Below are positions 36,079 through 44,229 of a DNA stretch of 44,229 nucleotides, in pieces (position 1 is the first letter of the stretch; every line of letters starts with the position of its first letter). The notes below the pieces were generated by a model. The model searched no databases. It saw only the letters and a list, made by a program, of their open reading frames with translations, and had not been told where the DNA came from. Origin of the DNA: a virus (Duplodnaviria > Caudoviricetes); IMG/VR virus record IMGVR_UViG_3300032226_000163, positions 1 to 44,229 of that record; one strand, given 5' to 3'. The position numbers were made by a program, and so were the translations under genes.

Positions 36079-37185
36079 TTATCCTAAAGCTTTAGAAAGA
36101 GCAAGACCAGATAATCCTAAACTGGCTATCTGAGATGCTGTGCTTGGTTGTGGTGTGTATTGTACTTGAGTAGAACCCAAAGCACCTGCGTTACCTCTAA
36201 GAATATTGCTAAGGTATTCAAGTTGATTTCTTTGAAAGTCTTTTTGTTCTTGAAACTGTTGATATTTCATATCGTTAATTTGTTGTTGTAGAGCTTGTTT
36301 TTCACCTTCAGTAGCAGCTTGAGCTTTTAATCTTTCTAGATTAGCTGTTTGCTCTGCCGTACCTAAAGCACCAAGTTTACCTGATGTATCAATACCTGCC
36401 ATCATACCTGCTAGACCAATATCTTTGCCTAACCCTGCTTGGAATTGTTGTGCTTGTTGTCCTAATTGAGCTGCTTGTATACGTCTAGCTTGATCTGCTT
36501 CAAATTGTTTTTGTGCATTTACATATGCCTCTTGCTGACCTAGGGCTCTGATATTAGCTATATTTTGTTGTGCACCTCGTTCTTGTTCTGATTGCATTAA
36601 AGCTTGACGAGCACCTCCAAAAGTACCTCGGCCTATAGCGCCTGACATTCCTGCAGTTTTAGCTAAATCAGCTTGTTTACGAGCTTCACGAACTGCAACA
36701 TCAGTTACATTAGAAGCATAGGGAGACATATAAGCCGCGGCTTCAGGAGCCCCAAATGTACCTCCAGAAATTGCTGTAGGACTGTATCCAAATGCTCCGG
36801 TTAAACCAGCAGCACCTGCACCAAATCCCATAGCTTGACCAGTAGTTAAGCCTGTTTTAGATTGACCAAACTGACTAGGAAGCCCTAACCCCATGGTTTC
36901 TCTTTGTATTGTTTCTTGACCTGGAGTAAATCCTGCTACACGTTCTCCTTCATACGGAGTATATGATTTAACGCCGGTAACAGCTCCAGAAGGGTCTGTA
37001 GTATAAACCTGTTTACCGGTTTGTTTTAAAAGCTCTTCATAATAAGGTTTAGCATATTCAGGTAAATTTGTAGAATATGATGTAGAAGTTTGATTGCCTC
37101 CACCTCCACCAGATGAACCACCCCCATAAAAAGTAAATGATTCTACTAGGTTTTGAATCCAAGTAAACAAATTAAATAATTTCAT
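36079..37185 (-). CDS. DNA transfer/pilot ejection protein (P22 gp7-like position)
   Basis: Gly-rich start after a 20-aa leader; YMSPY, G.FGG.R, Gln/Ala-rich; hydrophobic C-terminus. Confidence 0.65.
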   Translation of the reverse strand: MKLFNLFTWIQNLVESFTFYGGGSSGGGGGNQTSTSYSTNLPEYAKPYYEELLKQTGKQVYTTDPSGAVTGVKSYTPYEGERVAGFTPGQETIQRETMGLGLPSQFGQSKTGLTTGQAMGFGAGAAGLTGAFGYSPTAISGGTFGAPEAAAYMSPYASNVTDVAVREARKQADLAKTAGMSGAIGRGTFGGARQALMQSEQERGAQQNIANIRALGQQEAYVNAQKQFEADQARRIQAAQLGQQAQQFQAGLGKDIGLAGMMAGIDTSGKLGALGTAEQTANLERLKAQAATEGEKQALQQQINDMKYQQFQEQKDFQRNQLEYLSNILRGNAGALGSTQVQYTPQPSTASQIASLGLSGLALSKALG

Positions 37186-37595
37186 AAATCTTTCTCCACA
37201 ACGTATCTTACAGTATTAAAATTTGATTTGATTTTATATAGCCTAGCCTGCGCCTCTTGAGCCCATGCACTTGCTTTTGTAGCCCCATGCAATTTAGCCC
37301 ATGTTTCTACTTGGTCAAATGTTTCGTTATTTACAATGCCATGACCACCTAACGCTGTTATAAACATGACTCTATCATTAGGACGATTTATAAACTCTAC
37401 AGTCATAGCTCCGTTAAGCACGCCTTTTTCGTCAATAGATACTAACAACGTTTGTTCCCCTCTACCTAATAATAATTTTAATTGGTCTAGAGTAAAGTCA
37501 CCTCCACTTACATTAATTGAGGCTTCTAAATAACTTTTTACATCTTCCCAAACATGATACACATTATTGGGTACTACAATTTGTACGGTGTTCAT
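37182..37595 (-). CDS. GNAT-fold virion assembly protein (P22 gp14/T7 gp13-like)
   Basis: W..V..L...G...LLV, ITALGG, WAK.HGA; position just before the ejection genes. Confidence 0.55.
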   Translation of the reverse strand: MNTVQIVVPNNVYHVWEDVKSYLEASINVSGGDFTLDQLKLLLGRGEQTLLVSIDEKGVLNGAMTVEFINRPNDRVMFITALGGHGIVNNETFDQVETWAKLHGATKASAWAQEAQARLYKIKSNFNTVRYVVEKDL

Positions 37596-39991
37596 GCTGG
37601 CATGTATTTAGCAGGGTTAATTTGTTTACCTTGCTTTTTAGTTCCAGTCCTAGCTTTACGTACTTTGTCTAACATTGCATATAATCTTTTTGATCCGGCT
37701 TTAGTAGAGCCATTACCTAAATGAGAAACTACATCTGCAGGGATTACAAATTCACCATCTGCTAAACGAGCTGGTTGTTTGCCTTCTATTGTAGCAGGTA
37801 TTGAGTCAGACATACCATCACCGGCACCATCTAAATAACCACCTTTAGCTTTCCTGTTAACAAAAGCTGAATTTTGAGCGCCTGTATTACCTAAACTCGG
37901 ATTTATTGAAACCGCTGGAGCAGTTGGAACATATCCTGCCGGTACAGCCCACTGAGGATTATTAGCATAAGCCGGGTCATCAAAACCCCTTATTAAACTA
38001 CTTGGTGCTCCTTTTCCTTGAATCATACCAATCATTTCGGGGTCTCCGCTAAGTAGTCCTGACATCATCCTACTAAATACACGAGCACCAGGATTTATAG
38101 TATTCATTTCACCTGCCATACTTAATGCTGTTCTAAATTTTTCAAGGCCTTCAGGCATGTTAGAACCACCATACCCTTGTGTCCCTGTATTTACATTAAG
38201 CGAAGGAAGCCTATCTAAATTTAATGCGGCTTGGTCTTGTCTATAATTAGAAACGTCACCACCTTCAGCCATACCTTCTGGTTTTCTTAAAGCCCTTGCA
38301 TAGGTTTCAGGGTTATATTCTACTGGTGGTATTGTATAAAAATCTAGTGCGCCTGGTGTAATGATTCTATCATATGTATAAGGTAATCTAGCCATATCAT
38401 CTACCATATCGCCTCTAACTCTTGAAGGATCTATTGATGCAATACCCTCTGCGGTGGTAATGCCTTTTGTTGAACCTTCAACTGATCCGCCTTCATCATA
38501 ACCCGTTCTAGCACTAGTTAAATTTTGAATAAAACTAGCTTGAGGTGGTAAAGATTGATTTTGCATACCTGCCGCAATATTAGATAAAGCGCCTGGAGCA
38601 TAATTTTGAGTAGGAATAGTACCCGTATTTAATGCATTAGAAGTCATATTATTTAATTGCTTTTCTAACATTTCTGTTTTAGCTGTTTCATTCATAATCA
38701 TGTTTTCTAGATTTTCTGGAGCTGGAGCTGTTTTTGACGGGTCTGGTAATTCTAAACTAGCTACTCCACCTTCAGCATAACCTAGTGTTTGTGCTTGAGA
38801 CATAGCTTGTTCGCCAGCAAGGTTATTAAGACGTCCTAAACCAAAACCTGAAAGCCCTGGAGATATGGTAGGTTGATTGTCTGGTGTGCCATATAAATCT
38901 CTAATACCACCTGATTGAATCGAACCACCTGTTGCATAGCCATCAATGTAGCCGCCCTTTGCAACTAAACGAAGGCCTGTGTCAGTACCTAAATTAAGTC
39001 TTGCATAAGGATCATATTTTTCTGCCTCTGCCCTTTGCATAGGTTTACCATATATGTCAGATTCTTCTAAACCACCCAATACCGCTCCTCCTAAAGGAAG
39101 ACCTATTTTTTTCAATGCTGCACTATTACCACCTAATTGATCTATAAATGTTTCTCCAAATCCTGGAGTAGGTGAGTTTGACATAGCTCCTGCAATTAAA
39201 GGGCTTTGCGCAGATGCGGCACTATTAGCTAAATTTCTTGCTTCTCCTATTAGTGTAGATCCACCCATAGTACCGCTAGGTTGGGCTATAGAAGCACCAT
39301 AACTAGCATCAAATGGTGTAGGTTTTAAAAAACTAGAAGTAGGATCTATATTAACACCAGAAAAATTTGATGTTTTAGGAAGTGTTTGTAGTGCGTTTTT
39401 AGATATATCTTGAACTATAGGATCAGCAATATTTACACCTGCATTATTCATTGCTCCCATAATATTTTGAGCTGCTGCTCTAGATGCCGCTGTACCCCCG
39501 GCAACACCGCTTCCTATTAAATTAGCGCCGCCTATTTGACCTGTAGTGCCCACTGCACCTGGACCGATACCTGAAATTGCTGATTGCCCTGCTGTTGCCG
39601 CCACTGCAGGATTGGTAATGGCCATTGTGTTAGACAAAGCACTGCCAAGACCCATACCACCATAACCACCAAGACCTCCCATTACAGCGCCCATTAATGG
39701 ATTATTTTTATTAGTTATTGCTCCTGTTGCAGCACCCGCTGCTATACCCGCCATCAATGGAGCCCCTGCAAATCCAAAAGCGCCACCTACTAAAGTAGGT
39801 AATAATGATTTAAAGAACCCACCAAGATTAAATGCTTCAGGTAACCCTGTATGAGGATTAATAGTTAAAGAGCCGCCTTGTGCCATAGCTAAACCTTGAA
39901 GTCCAGCTACTTCTGAAGGACTCATGTGAACAAGCATTGAGTCGCCATTGCGACCTAAAGAAGCTAAACCTTGGGTAGATGAGTAATTCAT
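37592..39991 (-). CDS. Internal virion protein with repeated AxGG motifs
   Basis: N-terminal GR.GD..LVH...INP.TGLPE; Gly-rich hydrophobic segment; C-terminal GDGMSDSIPA...LADGEFV. Confidence 0.65.
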   Translation of the reverse strand: MNYSSTQGLASLGRNGDSMLVHMSPSEVAGLQGLAMAQGGSLTINPHTGLPEAFNLGGFFKSLLPTLVGGAFGFAGAPLMAGIAAGAATGAITNKNNPLMGAVMGGLGGYGGMGLGSALSNTMAITNPAVAATAGQSAISGIGPGAVGTTGQIGGANLIGSGVAGGTAASRAAAQNIMGAMNNAGVNIADPIVQDISKNALQTLPKTSNFSGVNIDPTSSFLKPTPFDASYGASIAQPSGTMGGSTLIGEARNLANSAASAQSPLIAGAMSNSPTPGFGETFIDQLGGNSAALKKIGLPLGGAVLGGLEESDIYGKPMQRAEAEKYDPYARLNLGTDTGLRLVAKGGYIDGYATGGSIQSGGIRDLYGTPDNQPTISPGLSGFGLGRLNNLAGEQAMSQAQTLGYAEGGVASLELPDPSKTAPAPENLENMIMNETAKTEMLEKQLNNMTSNALNTGTIPTQNYAPGALSNIAAGMQNQSLPPQASFIQNLTSARTGYDEGGSVEGSTKGITTAEGIASIDPSRVRGDMVDDMARLPYTYDRIITPGALDFYTIPPVEYNPETYARALRKPEGMAEGGDVSNYRQDQAALNLDRLPSLNVNTGTQGYGGSNMPEGLEKFRTALSMAGEMNTINPGARVFSRMMSGLLSGDPEMIGMIQGKGAPSSLIRGFDDPAYANNPQWAVPAGYVPTAPAVSINPSLGNTGAQNSAFVNRKAKGGYLDGAGDGMSDSIPATIEGKQPARLADGEFVIPADVVSHLGNGSTKAGSKRLYAMLDKVRKARTGTKKQGKQINPAKYMPA

Positions 39992-40038
39992 ATAAATAAG
40001 TCCTTAATTTTGTCTAATAATATCATGTTTCTAGCGCC

Positions 40039-40407
40039 TTATGCTACTGTAATTGTAGGCGCTGCGCCTGTTATTGCTACTGCTCGTACTGCTGGTGTTA
40101 CGGTTACTGTTGTGTTATTTACGGTAGGGGCTAGACCCACTAAGTTAACTGCGCCTGCAACTCCGTTAACTGTACCCGCTAAAACAATTTTTAAAACCCC
40201 ACCATCGTTATATACTGTGCCTACTCTTTGACCTAGTGGGCTAGTAGGTAAGGCTAATAAAGTTAACCTATCAATGACTATAGGTGTTGTAGAGTCTAGC
40301 TGGCGAAAATAAACATTAAGTGCACGTATAACTTGATTAAAGTATTCAGGATCATACGTACTTGGTGCTAACGGTAATGACGGGGATGTAAATAACTGTA
40401 AACCCAT
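40039..40407 (-). CDS. Small tail-associated virion protein
   Basis: P.LP.AP..Y......R.L..YF pattern, downstream of the tail hub gene. Confidence 0.55.
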   Translation of the reverse strand: MGLQLFTSPSLPLAPSTYDPEYFNQVIRALNVYFRQLDSTTPIVIDRLTLLALPTSPLGQRVGTVYNDGGVLKIVLAGTVNGVAGAVNLVGLAPTVNNTTVTVTPAVRAVAITGAAPTITVA

Positions 40408-40408
40408 G

Positions 40409-42361
40409 TTAGTTTCTTAGTCCATCAGGCCTTGCATCAACACGAGGCATACCTAGTTGCCATTGAACCCCTACACCATTAGAACTAATTTTAAAGTTCA
40501 TCTGACGTCCACGTGCTCTTACAAATACTTGGTTTGTATATTGGTTAACTGTAGCCGTTGTAGTACCTGATGAAGTCACAAGTTCTGCTGTAGACTCGCC
40601 TTCTGCATTAGTTGTTGACGATGTAGCACCTGGAAAATTACGTACACCGACTGTCATCGTTACTTCGGGAGTTAGCGTAGCACCTGTTACACTGTTTGTT
40701 AAATCAGAACTTGAAAAGTTTACATCAGGAATTATACGACGTATAAGCATGTATTTATCGCCGTCTTCAATGTCAATATCGGCGGACTGAATGTATGAAT
40801 CAATAGGTAGTGGTGGAGCTCCTGTAGGTTGTCCATCGTCGTGCCCTAATTCGTGAAAATAAACATTACCGGCGTTAAGCGCAATTGGATATTGAAATAA
40901 CCCTGCGTCTGTCCAAGCTGTTCTAACTAAAGTACCAAAGTACCAAATATTCTCTGAGTAATTATAAACAACATATCGATCAATCTCAGTAGCGGTGGCA
41001 GAGCAATAAAACCAAATTACTTCATTGAATTCGGCATTTTGTCCAGAGAAGAAAATATCAGCCTGATTTCTATTAATATTATCAAATACATACTGACGTA
41101 GTGTGCAAGGTAAGGTATCTACACGACCTGAATAAATATAAAACTTATCATTACCCATCCAGTAAACTACATTATTAGCAGGTACAACTACATTAGGCGC
41201 CATAATTGTAATGGCATTAGCTATTAAAGATTGGCCAAATACTTCAGAAGTACCTAAAAATTGTAATGAAGTAAGTGATGTGTCAGTCCAAATAAGTACT
41301 TCTTGTTTTGTAGACAGTCCTGTAACAATAGCTGTACCTGCTTGTAGACGTAAGAACCCTGCTGTATTAGTTAAAGTAGGCTGCCAATTTTCAGGCTCAG
41401 GTCCTATATCAGGATCAACGTTAGCCCAACGTACAAGCATAGGATCATATGGACCTAAATAGTCAGTAGATGAAGCCGACGCGTCATAATTAGTACATCC
41501 TAAAGCAAGTAAGAAACCTTGTGCAGAAAATAATACTTTAGTCACTTGTTGAGGAACCGCAACAGCACCAGGTATAGCACTTAATAAAACCGCACGAGTA
41601 TTAAAAGAAGATGTAAAAGTCCAGTAATAAATAAAAGATTCTCTAATATTAAACACTAAGTCGTTATTAAATTTATCTTGGAATATAAGTCTAGGAGGTA
41701 ATATTACTGGAACTGTTGAACTAGACCCCCATGAGCCTCGACTCCAAGCGCCTGTACCCCAACCGTATCCAAAAGTTGACCCTGAAAAGCCCGTTGTAAT
41801 TTGACATGCAATACTAATACCCGTACCACCTTGGTTTGTTACGGTGCTTGTAGCGGCTGTTGCAACAGTAATCGTAAATGTTGTGGAGTCAATAACAGTC
41901 ACTACGTGTTCTGCATTAATCTGTGCAATGGGAATTCCGCCTACAGTAGGTCCTGTAACGCCACTTATGGTGACATAGTCTCCCGTATTTAAACCATGCC
42001 CAATTACAATAATAGTAACGTCTCTTGAAGTATTTGTGGTATTGATGCAGTTATTTGTAGCAGGAGATACAAGGGTGGTTCTTAAAGGAGTAATGTCATA
42101 TATATTAGTACCCGCAGACACATATACTTTAACATCGGTGCCAATACCTATAAGTTCACTACCGTCCGTAGTACCCCAAGTAAATACACTTCGCGCAACA
42201 CCTATATATTGTTGAAAGTTTTGTACAACCCAGCCGCCTATTTTTTCAGGAAAGCCTGAACGAAAACGAACTTTATCCATATCAAACCAACTACCTTCAG
42301 AGGCATAATTAGTCTGATCTCGGTTTGCTCCTGGCTTAAATACTAGTTTACTTAATGGCAT
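40409..42361 (-). CDS. Tail hub/DNA stabilisation protein (P22 gp10-like, beta-propeller)
   Basis: KPG...VRFR.G.PEKIGGW, VRW, AG..RL, YWMG..FY.Y.G, F.EV.WFY, RTAW.D, RARGRQ. Confidence 0.75.
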   Translation of the reverse strand: MPLSKLVFKPGANRDQTNYASEGSWFDMDKVRFRSGFPEKIGGWVVQNFQQYIGVARSVFTWGTTDGSELIGIGTDVKVYVSAGTNIYDITPLRTTLVSPATNNCINTTNTSRDVTIIVIGHGLNTGDYVTISGVTGPTVGGIPIAQINAEHVVTVIDSTTFTITVATAATSTVTNQGGTGISIACQITTGFSGSTFGYGWGTGAWSRGSWGSSSTVPVILPPRLIFQDKFNNDLVFNIRESFIYYWTFTSSFNTRAVLLSAIPGAVAVPQQVTKVLFSAQGFLLALGCTNYDASASSTDYLGPYDPMLVRWANVDPDIGPEPENWQPTLTNTAGFLRLQAGTAIVTGLSTKQEVLIWTDTSLTSLQFLGTSEVFGQSLIANAITIMAPNVVVPANNVVYWMGNDKFYIYSGRVDTLPCTLRQYVFDNINRNQADIFFSGQNAEFNEVIWFYCSATATEIDRYVVYNYSENIWYFGTLVRTAWTDAGLFQYPIALNAGNVYFHELGHDDGQPTGAPPLPIDSYIQSADIDIEDGDKYMLIRRIIPDVNFSSSDLTNSVTGATLTPEVTMTVGVRNFPGATSSTTNAEGESTAELVTSSGTTTATVNQYTNQVFVRARGRQMNFKISSNGVGVQWQLGMPRVDARPDGLRN

Positions 42362-42810
42362 TATTTACCTTCAAAGAGTGCTCTCTCGTCTAATCTACGG
42401 ATTTGTAGACCTCGTAGTATTTTACCACCTGCGCGACAATATTTCACTAACGATTCCATAGCCGCCTTTTTATCGCCGCGTAGAAGCGCTTGACGGAGTG
42501 TTGATCTTTGAAAGCATCCAAGGCCCAAATTGAAGCAAAAACTAATAATAGCGTCAAATTCATGTTGTCGAAGAGGCACGTTAGGTAGCATCTTATGTAC
42601 TCCCAACTCGAAGCGACGTAGGTCGGATTTAAGAAGTCCATCTATTTCAGCTTCCGTAAAAGTTCTGTTCCAAGATTCAGGCAATGATTTACCATCCCCG
42701 ATAAGATGACCGACACCCACAGTGAAAAGGTTAGCAGGGCAACGGTAGGGCCGATTACGCACGCCTTCATGATGTTTAATAAGTTTGATAGCACGTTCTG
42801 ATACTTTCAC
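42361..42810 (-). CDS. Endolysin, GH24 lysozyme
   Basis: Catalytic triad E-x8-C-x5-T (HEG...RC...TVGVGH), FDA..SF.FNLG, GL..RR..E..LF. Confidence 0.93.
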   Translation of the reverse strand: MKVSERAIKLIKHHEGVRNRPYRCPANLFTVGVGHLIGDGKSLPESWNRTFTEAEIDGLLKSDLRRFELGVHKMLPNVPLRQHEFDAIISFCFNLGLGCFQRSTLRQALLRGDKKAAMESLVKYCRAGGKILRGLQIRRLDERALFEGK

Positions 42811-43296
42811 TTATTTCTTTTCCCAAGTACGTGACCCAAAGTAGAAACCAATAATAGATGCTACGATAGCCATTTCATCTGTAGAGAATACCTCTTGTGA
42901 AGCTACAATAAAGTCAACGCCAGAATACATAGCCCACGCTAATGATACAAAATTAATAAGCACTAGCTCACCTACAAAGATAAATGCTACTACAGGTCTA
43001 ACCATAGCGTTCCAGTTCTTAACTGTTTGAGATCCGCCTTCTACTAATTTCTTATCGTGGTCATATAAAGCTGTACGTTCTTGAGCGTACGTTTCTGCGT
43101 ACGTACCTTCTAATTCAATAGCTGCAATCTTTTCTTGAGCTACATAACCTTTTTCTGCCATAAGTAATGCTTGGGCATTTTGCAATTGAGCCATTTCACG
43201 CTCGTGTTTTTGATCTCCCTTTTGTTGGAAGAAGCTTAAAATGTTTGGTAGCCCCGCAGTAGCGAAGCCAAGAATTGAGGAGAGGATGGATAGCAT
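42811..43296 (-). CDS. Holin-like membrane protein (3TM holin type)
   Basis: N-terminal amphipathic segment, VRP, two TM helices, IIGFYFGSR; adjacent to the endolysin. Confidence 0.65.
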   Translation of the reverse strand: MLSILSSILGFATAGLPNILSFFQQKGDQKHEREMAQLQNAQALLMAEKGYVAQEKIAAIELEGTYAETYAQERTALYDHDKKLVEGGSQTVKNWNAMVRPVVAFIFVGELVLINFVSLAWAMYSGVDFIVASQEVFSTDEMAIVASIIGFYFGSRTWEKK

Positions 43297-43297
43297 G

Positions 43298-43693
43298 TTA
43301 GTTATTCAATGGATTAACCATTGCCTTTCGTAATTGTTTCATTTCGTCTTTTACATTTGTTACTGTATCTGTAATTTTGTCTTGAGTAGCTTTAGCAACA
43401 CTATTAGCTTCAATAGCACGACCATAAGCTTCGTTTGCTTTTTCTAAAGCTCGGTTGTTAGACATCATCACATCTACTAGTTGACGCTCAGTAGAACGTG
43501 ATCTATCTTCTAAAACTATAATACGAGTCTCAACAGAGCTCATCTTTTTTACTTCCTCAATCGTCGAGGTCAAATCGTTGAAGAGGGTTATCCCGTAATA
43601 TACTGCGCCACCTATTGGCACTAGCACGGATAAGATAATCCCCAGTATCATTTGCGCTGATAAATTCAATGAATATATTTTGTTGTCGCTCAT
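43298..43693 (-). CDS. Membrane-anchored coiled-coil protein
   Basis: N-terminal TM followed by a long heptad helix ending NPL. Confidence 0.6.
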   Translation of the reverse strand: MSDNKIYSLNLSAQMILGIILSVLVPIGGAVYYGITLFNDLTSTIEEVKKMSSVETRIIVLEDRSRSTERQLVDVMMSNNRALEKANEAYGRAIEANSVAKATQDKITDTVTNVKDEMKQLRKAMVNPLNN

Positions 43694-44228
43694 AGTCTTG
43701 TTCCTGTATTAGTTTAATATTTTCTTGTATCTGAGTTTGCTGCAGGTTGTAGCCTGAGTTTATAAGCTGCATAGACATTACTATGCCAAAGCCTGGTACT
43801 ATTGTTTTACCTTTTGGTACTTCTGGCGCTTTAGGCGCATCTTTCTTATCTGTACCCGACGTCGTCGTAGTACTTGCGGGGCTTGGTGCAGATGTCCCCC
43901 CACTTGTTTCGCTCTTTACTGTGGCTACCGAAGTAGCTGGTGTTTCTGTTGTCGTTGTCAATGCAGTCATGTCCTGTACAATTACAGGTTCTGGCGGGAT
44001 GATGGGCGCAGTTGTGACTTGGTTCAGAACACTGTTTGGATTCGTTGGGCTTATCGGACTGATTGGTGATGCCGGATTGTTTAGGTTTGTCGACGTCATC
44101 TTGCAGGTATTGTATATTTCCGACCATGCAGTCCAAGTTGGAGAACCATACGGATCCGAGCAAATCGAAATTCTTTGTTCTTGAGATAATCCTTCGAAGC
44201 CAGCTTGACATGTTAGCGTCCTTGTTTC
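43557..44228 (-). CDS. Cys/Trp-repeat, Pro/Thr-rich protein (5' end outside the window)
   Basis: The frame stays open upstream of 44099: ETRTLTCQAGFEG...CSDPYGSPTWTAW...TCK, then a Pro/Thr/Ser linker. Confidence 0.6.
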   Translation of the reverse strand, partial: ETRTLTCQAGFEGLSQEQRISICSDPYGSPTWTAWSEIYNTCKMTSTNLNNPASPISPISPTNPNSVLNQVTTAPIIPPEPVIVQDMTALTTTTETPATSVATVKSETSGGTSAPSPASTTTTSGTDKKDAPKAPEVPKGKTIVPGFGIVMSMQLINSGYNLQQTQIQENIKLIQEQDYERQQNIFIEFISANDTGDYLIRASANRWRSILRDNPLQRFDLDD

Positions 44229-44229
44229 A

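Noticed and set aside
31592-44211. Plus-strand and alternative-frame ORFs in virion and lysis genes (e.g. 32339-32911, 43783-44184, 42447-42641, 43846-44211)
   Set aside because: Antisense mirrors of low-complexity coding sequence. 42447-42641 lacks a convincing lipoprotein signal for an embedded spanin.
1-44229. tRNA, intron/intein, reverse transcriptase/DGR, integrase, stop-codon recoding
   Set aside because: None recognised by eye. Core genes are uninterrupted and of normal length under the standard code, though tRNAscan and Infernal were not run.

Overview
A 44 kb slice of an AT-rich tailed dsDNA phage genome. It is probably podovirus-like, and IHF-consensus sites plus sigma70 promoters point to a proteobacterial host. 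Left arm, minus strand: putative TerS, TerL, portal, a small protein and a GroES co-chaperonin. Centre, plus strand (5.3-29.1 kb): an early region of small ORFs, a SleB-like hydrolase, a DUF6878/DUF6915-like pair, MoxR-like AAA+, VWA-metallopeptidase, a DUF3150-like protein and TraR-like Zn fingers. A replication module follows with family A DNA polymerase, two DSBH/2OG oxygenases, Cas4-like nuclease, two HNHs, SNF2 helicase, an SSB-like protein, an HTH protein and a DUF927 primase-helicase. Right arm, minus strand: lysis genes, a tail hub and P22-like ejection genes ending in a 1859-aa polyvalent protein. No integrase, RT, cas operon, tRNA or capsid gene was seen. The most unusual signal is non-coding, with four interleaved repeat families: (1) a 32-bp interrupted palindrome upstream of five early-gene RBSs; (2) an ori-like array of 11 GTAATTTT octamers with six co-oriented IHF sites; (3) a TTGAC-N3-GTCAA-like operator fused to the -35 box of all four strong promoters; (4) an asymmetric CCACRAAGTTAA 12-mer. 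Structured leaders also precede the helicase and primase genes. All family calls come from motif recognition by eye, not database searches.
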